From positions 1-12,494 of the forward strand of contig JAQGDQ010002160.1 of assembly GCA_030141605.1 (NCBI GenBank): DNA of 12,494 bases, read 5' to 3'. The first letter of the stretch is position 1. Every line of letters starts with the position of its first letter. Below, one piece after another: positions 8,892-12,494 of this stretch. The position numbers and the translations under genes were made by a program. This DNA is from Tubiluchus corallicola. Taxonomy: Eukaryota > Animalia > Priapulida. Below the pieces are notes generated by a model. It made no database searches and was not told the origin of the DNA. It was given only the letters and a program-made list of their open reading frames with translations.

Positions 8892-9342
8892 CCCTTTCAG
8901 TCCCAAATTATTTTTTTAATAAGAAAAGTTTTTTGGCTTGGTACTTTTGTTCAGTATGTCCATCTTGTTTACACTTAATAATTATTTTTTCTACCTGTGC
9001 CCACGTGCTAAATATAGCCTGTATCCCACGGGATACATTGGGATTCAATGGAAGCATAAAATGTGCTTCATTTTGCAACTGCTGATAATTTTTTAAAGTA
9101 TTTAAGACATTTAGCATGCATGCTATGCTGATCTGTACAAAGTCGTCTCTAAAGTACTGTACCTTGCGCAGTTTTTTTATGCTATGTAGATTTTCTAGTT
9201 TGCCATTTTATCAATATTTTCAGTCTATTGTTATTGCCTTAAATCAAAATAACTATTAACAGATCAAATAAAATCTTATTTTATTAATTTTAAAGTCAGA
9301 AAATATTCTCGTATCCCATGGGATACAACGGATATGAAAGGG
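8892..9342. mobile_element. Non-autonomous piggyBac-type element (mirror copy), 451 bp
   Basis: TTAA (8888-8891) CCCTTTCA...TGAAAGGG TTAA (9343-9346), with palindromes at 9021-9036 and 9311-9326. Confidence 0.85.
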
Positions 9343-9795
9343 TTAAAATGCTGCTTCAAACTTCTTCTTTTTTATTCTTTATTATTTTTGTCTTTTACTT
9401 TGCGTTTGTCCGTAAGAATAACCCATACTGCGTGTAGATAAAGCTCCGAGCTTTAAATCACGTTAATTATCGAGCTAACGAGTGCAAATTAGGATTAAAT
9501 TTGTATTAATTAAGGATTGCTGCGCTGCGTTTTCCAGCCAATGATTCTAGCTGATAAATACAAGAGCGCAACTCAAGCGTGACGGCTTAGAAGCCAGGGA
9601 AGCCAACCCATGGGGTGTGGCGAGTAGTGCAGTGGTTTCATTCCGTTCATCTCACATTACCCGATACATGTGATGTCTTCCTACATGTGAAAAATTAAAT
9701 TTTAAAGCGCACGAAAACGCTCTTCATAAATAAAACTGAAAAATTCGTTTAGAATTTGTCGAATTGCGTGCAGAGCTTGCGTTAACAGTAACGCT

Positions 9796-11051
9796 ACATC
9801 CATTTCACAATTGAAACAACAGTTCAAATCTCATTTAAGTTTTTCGTTGCGTAACAAACATTTCTCGTTTGATAAACCTCCAATATCAGTGCATCATACG
9901 CGCATGAGAATCGGATTTTCTCAGCTAAACTTTGACCTTTTCTCTAAAGGCTGTAAAGATAATAATGCTCATCCAATATTGCCGAATTGTAACTGTGGAT
10001 TTCGATTTGAGTCTGTTGAACACTTTTTGTTGCACGGCCCATTGTATCAACTAACTAGGGTTGTTGTGTTGGATAAGCTAAATGAAATACTTCTGCCCGA
10101 AAACCTTAATATAGCTACCTTAAGTTGTTATTATTCGGAAAAGATGAATTTAACTATGTTGCTAACTGTAAAATATTCCAATGTATACGTGACTTTATAT
10201 TAAGTACTAAACGCTTCCAGTAGTTTCTATCTGATATAAAATGCATCAGCCTTAAATATTCGTACATTAATATTTTCTAACCGTAATTTTCTACTAATGT
10301 CTAATGTAATCTTGTAGTAAAACTTGTCAGCTTGTGTAGTTATAGTCTATTCTTACTGTAAATGTTAGTAATATCTAATGTAATCTTGTAGTAAAACTTG
10401 TCAGCTTGTGTAGTTATAGTCTATTCTTACTGTAAATGTTACTAATGTCTAATGTAATCTTGTAGTAAAAGTTGTCAGCTTGTGCAGATATAGTCTATTC
10501 TTACTGTAAATGTTACTAATGTCTAATGTGATCTTGTAGTAAAACTTGTCAGCTTGTGTAGTTATAGTCTGTTGTTACTGTAAATGTTACTAATGTCTAA
10601 CGTAATCTTGTAGTAAAACTTGTCAGCTTGTGTAGTTATAGTCAATTCTCACTGTAAATGTTACTAATGTCTAATGTAATCTTGTAGTAAAACTTGTCAG
10701 CTTGTGTAGTTATAGTCAATTCTTACTGTAAATGTTACTAATGTCTAATGTAATCTTGTAGTAAAACTTGTCAGCTTGTGTAGTTATAGTCAATTCTTAC
10801 TGTAAATGTTACTAATGTCTAATGTAATCTTGTAGTAAAACTTGTCAGCTTGTGTAGGTATAGTCAATTCTTACTGTAAATGTTACTAATGTCTAATGTA
10901 ATCTTGTAGTGAAACTTGTCAGCTTGTGTAGGTATAGTCTATTCTTACTGTAAATGTTTTTGTAAATAGTGCATAAAGTCTGTTGTGGTGAGGATCCTAA
11001 ATCATGTTGTTCAAACTGTCTGATCCAATCGTAAATAAATTATGTTTAAAC
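9796..11051 (+). mobile_element. 5'-truncated LINE insertion (ORF2 C-terminus plus 3' UTR) with 13-bp TSD
   Basis: TAACAGTAACGCT flanks the element at 9783-9795 and 11052-11064. The ORF remnant at 9811-~10220 has a 19-bp deletion/frameshift near 10122 and an HC->HG change. The 3' end reads ...AAATAAATTATGTTTAAAC. Confidence 0.85.
10292..10957. repeat. 74-bp minisatellite, 9 copies, inside the LINE 3' UTR
   Basis: Reverse complement of the 4-455 unit, with starts at 10292, 10366, 10440 ... 10884. Several unit-specific substitutions are present. Confidence 0.98.
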
Positions 11052-11511
11052 TAACAGTAACGCTGTACAAAACTAGAAAATTTAAATTTCCGCGATGATC
11101 GTTAGCTGTATTCGAGCACCATAAGTTTAAACTGATCTAATACTCTAAAATAAAAAAAAGATAATGCACGCCATTTACACAGAACGACTATTTTACTTTA
11201 ATTGAATTTTATAAAAAAACAGGACAGAACTGTTTCAACTCAACTCATGTCCAGAAATCATTTGTTATTTTATGTCTTTATCATTTAATCAGCATATTTT
11301 TAATGTACTGTTTCTTTTGGAACGCCATGTACATTGCGCAGTCATAATTATAGTCATAACTGCAGCTGTGATATCATAGCCATAACTATGATGTCGTTGG
11401 CCGTTCATGCTTTTATTTTTAATAATTTTTATACTAGTTTTAGATAAACAGTAAATTTTCTAAATAGTTTAATCGCGTGATTGTGTATAATAGAAGGCTT
11501 TTATACATTGA

Positions 11512-11540
11512 ACACACACACATATATATATATATATATT
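11512..11540. repeat. (CA)n(TA)n microsatellite
   Basis: Read directly from the sequence. Confidence 0.85.
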
Positions 11541-11861
11541 ATGTATGATTGCTATAATATATAGAAATCTTTATTGCAAAAATCATACACTAGTACAGAG
11601 TAAAACAAATTACGTCTTATATAAAATCAGTGTATAACCAGTCAGTGACAGACTAATGTGAGCAGTTGTGTCAATTAGTGTAAGTTAACAATCATAAGAA
11701 TAAAAAGATTAAAATACTATATTACATATCTACAAATTTGTTTACATGATGACATGATGGAAAAATTATGAAATTGTGAATTTTAATACTTTTTGATAGC
11801 TTTTGCTACTTTTTTTTACTTTTTTTTACCATGTAAGTTTCCATACGAGTCGTATATTTTT

Positions 11862-12022
11862 ATAGTATATAAAGACATCTATATACTATAAAGTATAATA
11901 ATATACTATATAGTATATATACTATATAGTATATACATACTATATATAGTATAGTATATATATATATAGTATATATATATAACATACATATAGTATATAT
12001 ATACTATACTATAGTAATATAG
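11862..12022. repeat. TA-rich low-complexity tract with self-complementary TATACTATATAGTATA motifs
   Basis: Read directly from the sequence. Confidence 0.85.
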
Positions 12023-12494
12023 ACATTTATATTATGATGAGTTTATGAGTCAAAAGCGTTACGTGTTTTTTTTATATTCTCCAATTATTGATGAATTCTA
12101 CTTTGTCCTTTTTATATAAGAGTCTTTTGTGAGTTAGTTAGTTCTGTTTTGAACGTTGTTAATCCGTCTTTTGATTTTATACTTACTATAGAAACAAGTG
12201 CGTTAGCTCTACTTGCAAATCATTTAAATACAGGATAGGAATAATTGCTTCAGATCTGTGTGTTTGCGGTTTGGGCAGTCAAACTCCAGAACATTTAATT
12301 TTTTCTTTGTCTATTATCATTTGTTAGACAAGACGTAAGAGTGAATCTACTTTATCAAGCTAAACATTGTTGCTTACTTTTAATTTGCAACATTTCTTAG
12401 TTTTTAACATCAGCTAAAAGTCTTGCTGTCTGTATTATTATATTGCGTTGTTAACTTACGCGAATACAGTTAGTTTATACAAATAAATACGATG

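Larger units (their letters stand above)
6847..10957. repeat. Right arm of large inverted duplication
   Basis: Begins GGTTTTAGTTTGTGTTTGTAG at 6847, the reverse complement of 3753-3773, and continues through the SINE, MITE, LINE fragment and 74-bp array. It differs from the left arm by substitutions, small indels and a ~200-bp extra segment. Confidence 0.97.

Noticed and set aside
8801-9117. ORFs overlapping the piggyBac MITE as a transposase remnant
   Set aside because: No DDD or Cys-rich piggyBac motifs, the ORFs are not reported in the mirror copy, and one crosses the element boundary.
4-10957. Whole palindrome as a Foldback-type transposon with tandem-repeat termini
   Set aside because: The terminal arrays lie inside a TSD-bounded LINE, the arms are ordinary nested-repeat DNA, and the loop has no transposase. 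It cannot be fully excluded without the left flank.
11341-11396. Short degenerate CATAA/TATGA repeats
   Set aside because: Too short and degenerate to assign to any element.

Overview
AT-rich eukaryotic DNA, probably from an invertebrate animal, with no convincing host protein-coding gene. The window is dominated by a giant inverted duplication: left arm ~4-3773, right arm 6847-~10957, and a 3.07-kb spacer (3774-6846). From outside to inside, each arm carries a 5'-truncated non-LTR retrotransposon whose 3' UTR holds a 74-bp minisatellite (13-bp TSD visible on the right copy), a TTAA-flanked piggyBac-type MITE, and a full-length but degenerate 5S rRNA. The 5S has no terminator and runs into a GC-rich body with a (CAA)n tail, which makes it a candidate 5S-headed SINE. 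The two 5S units face outward from the spacer, and the innermost ~630 bp of the arms are almost identical while the outer parts have drifted. The spacer holds a smaller inverted-repeat unit with complementary (GAAT/GAAC)n and (ATTC/GTTC)n tracts, plus a nested hAT-like remnant. All comparisons were made by eye and no database search was run.
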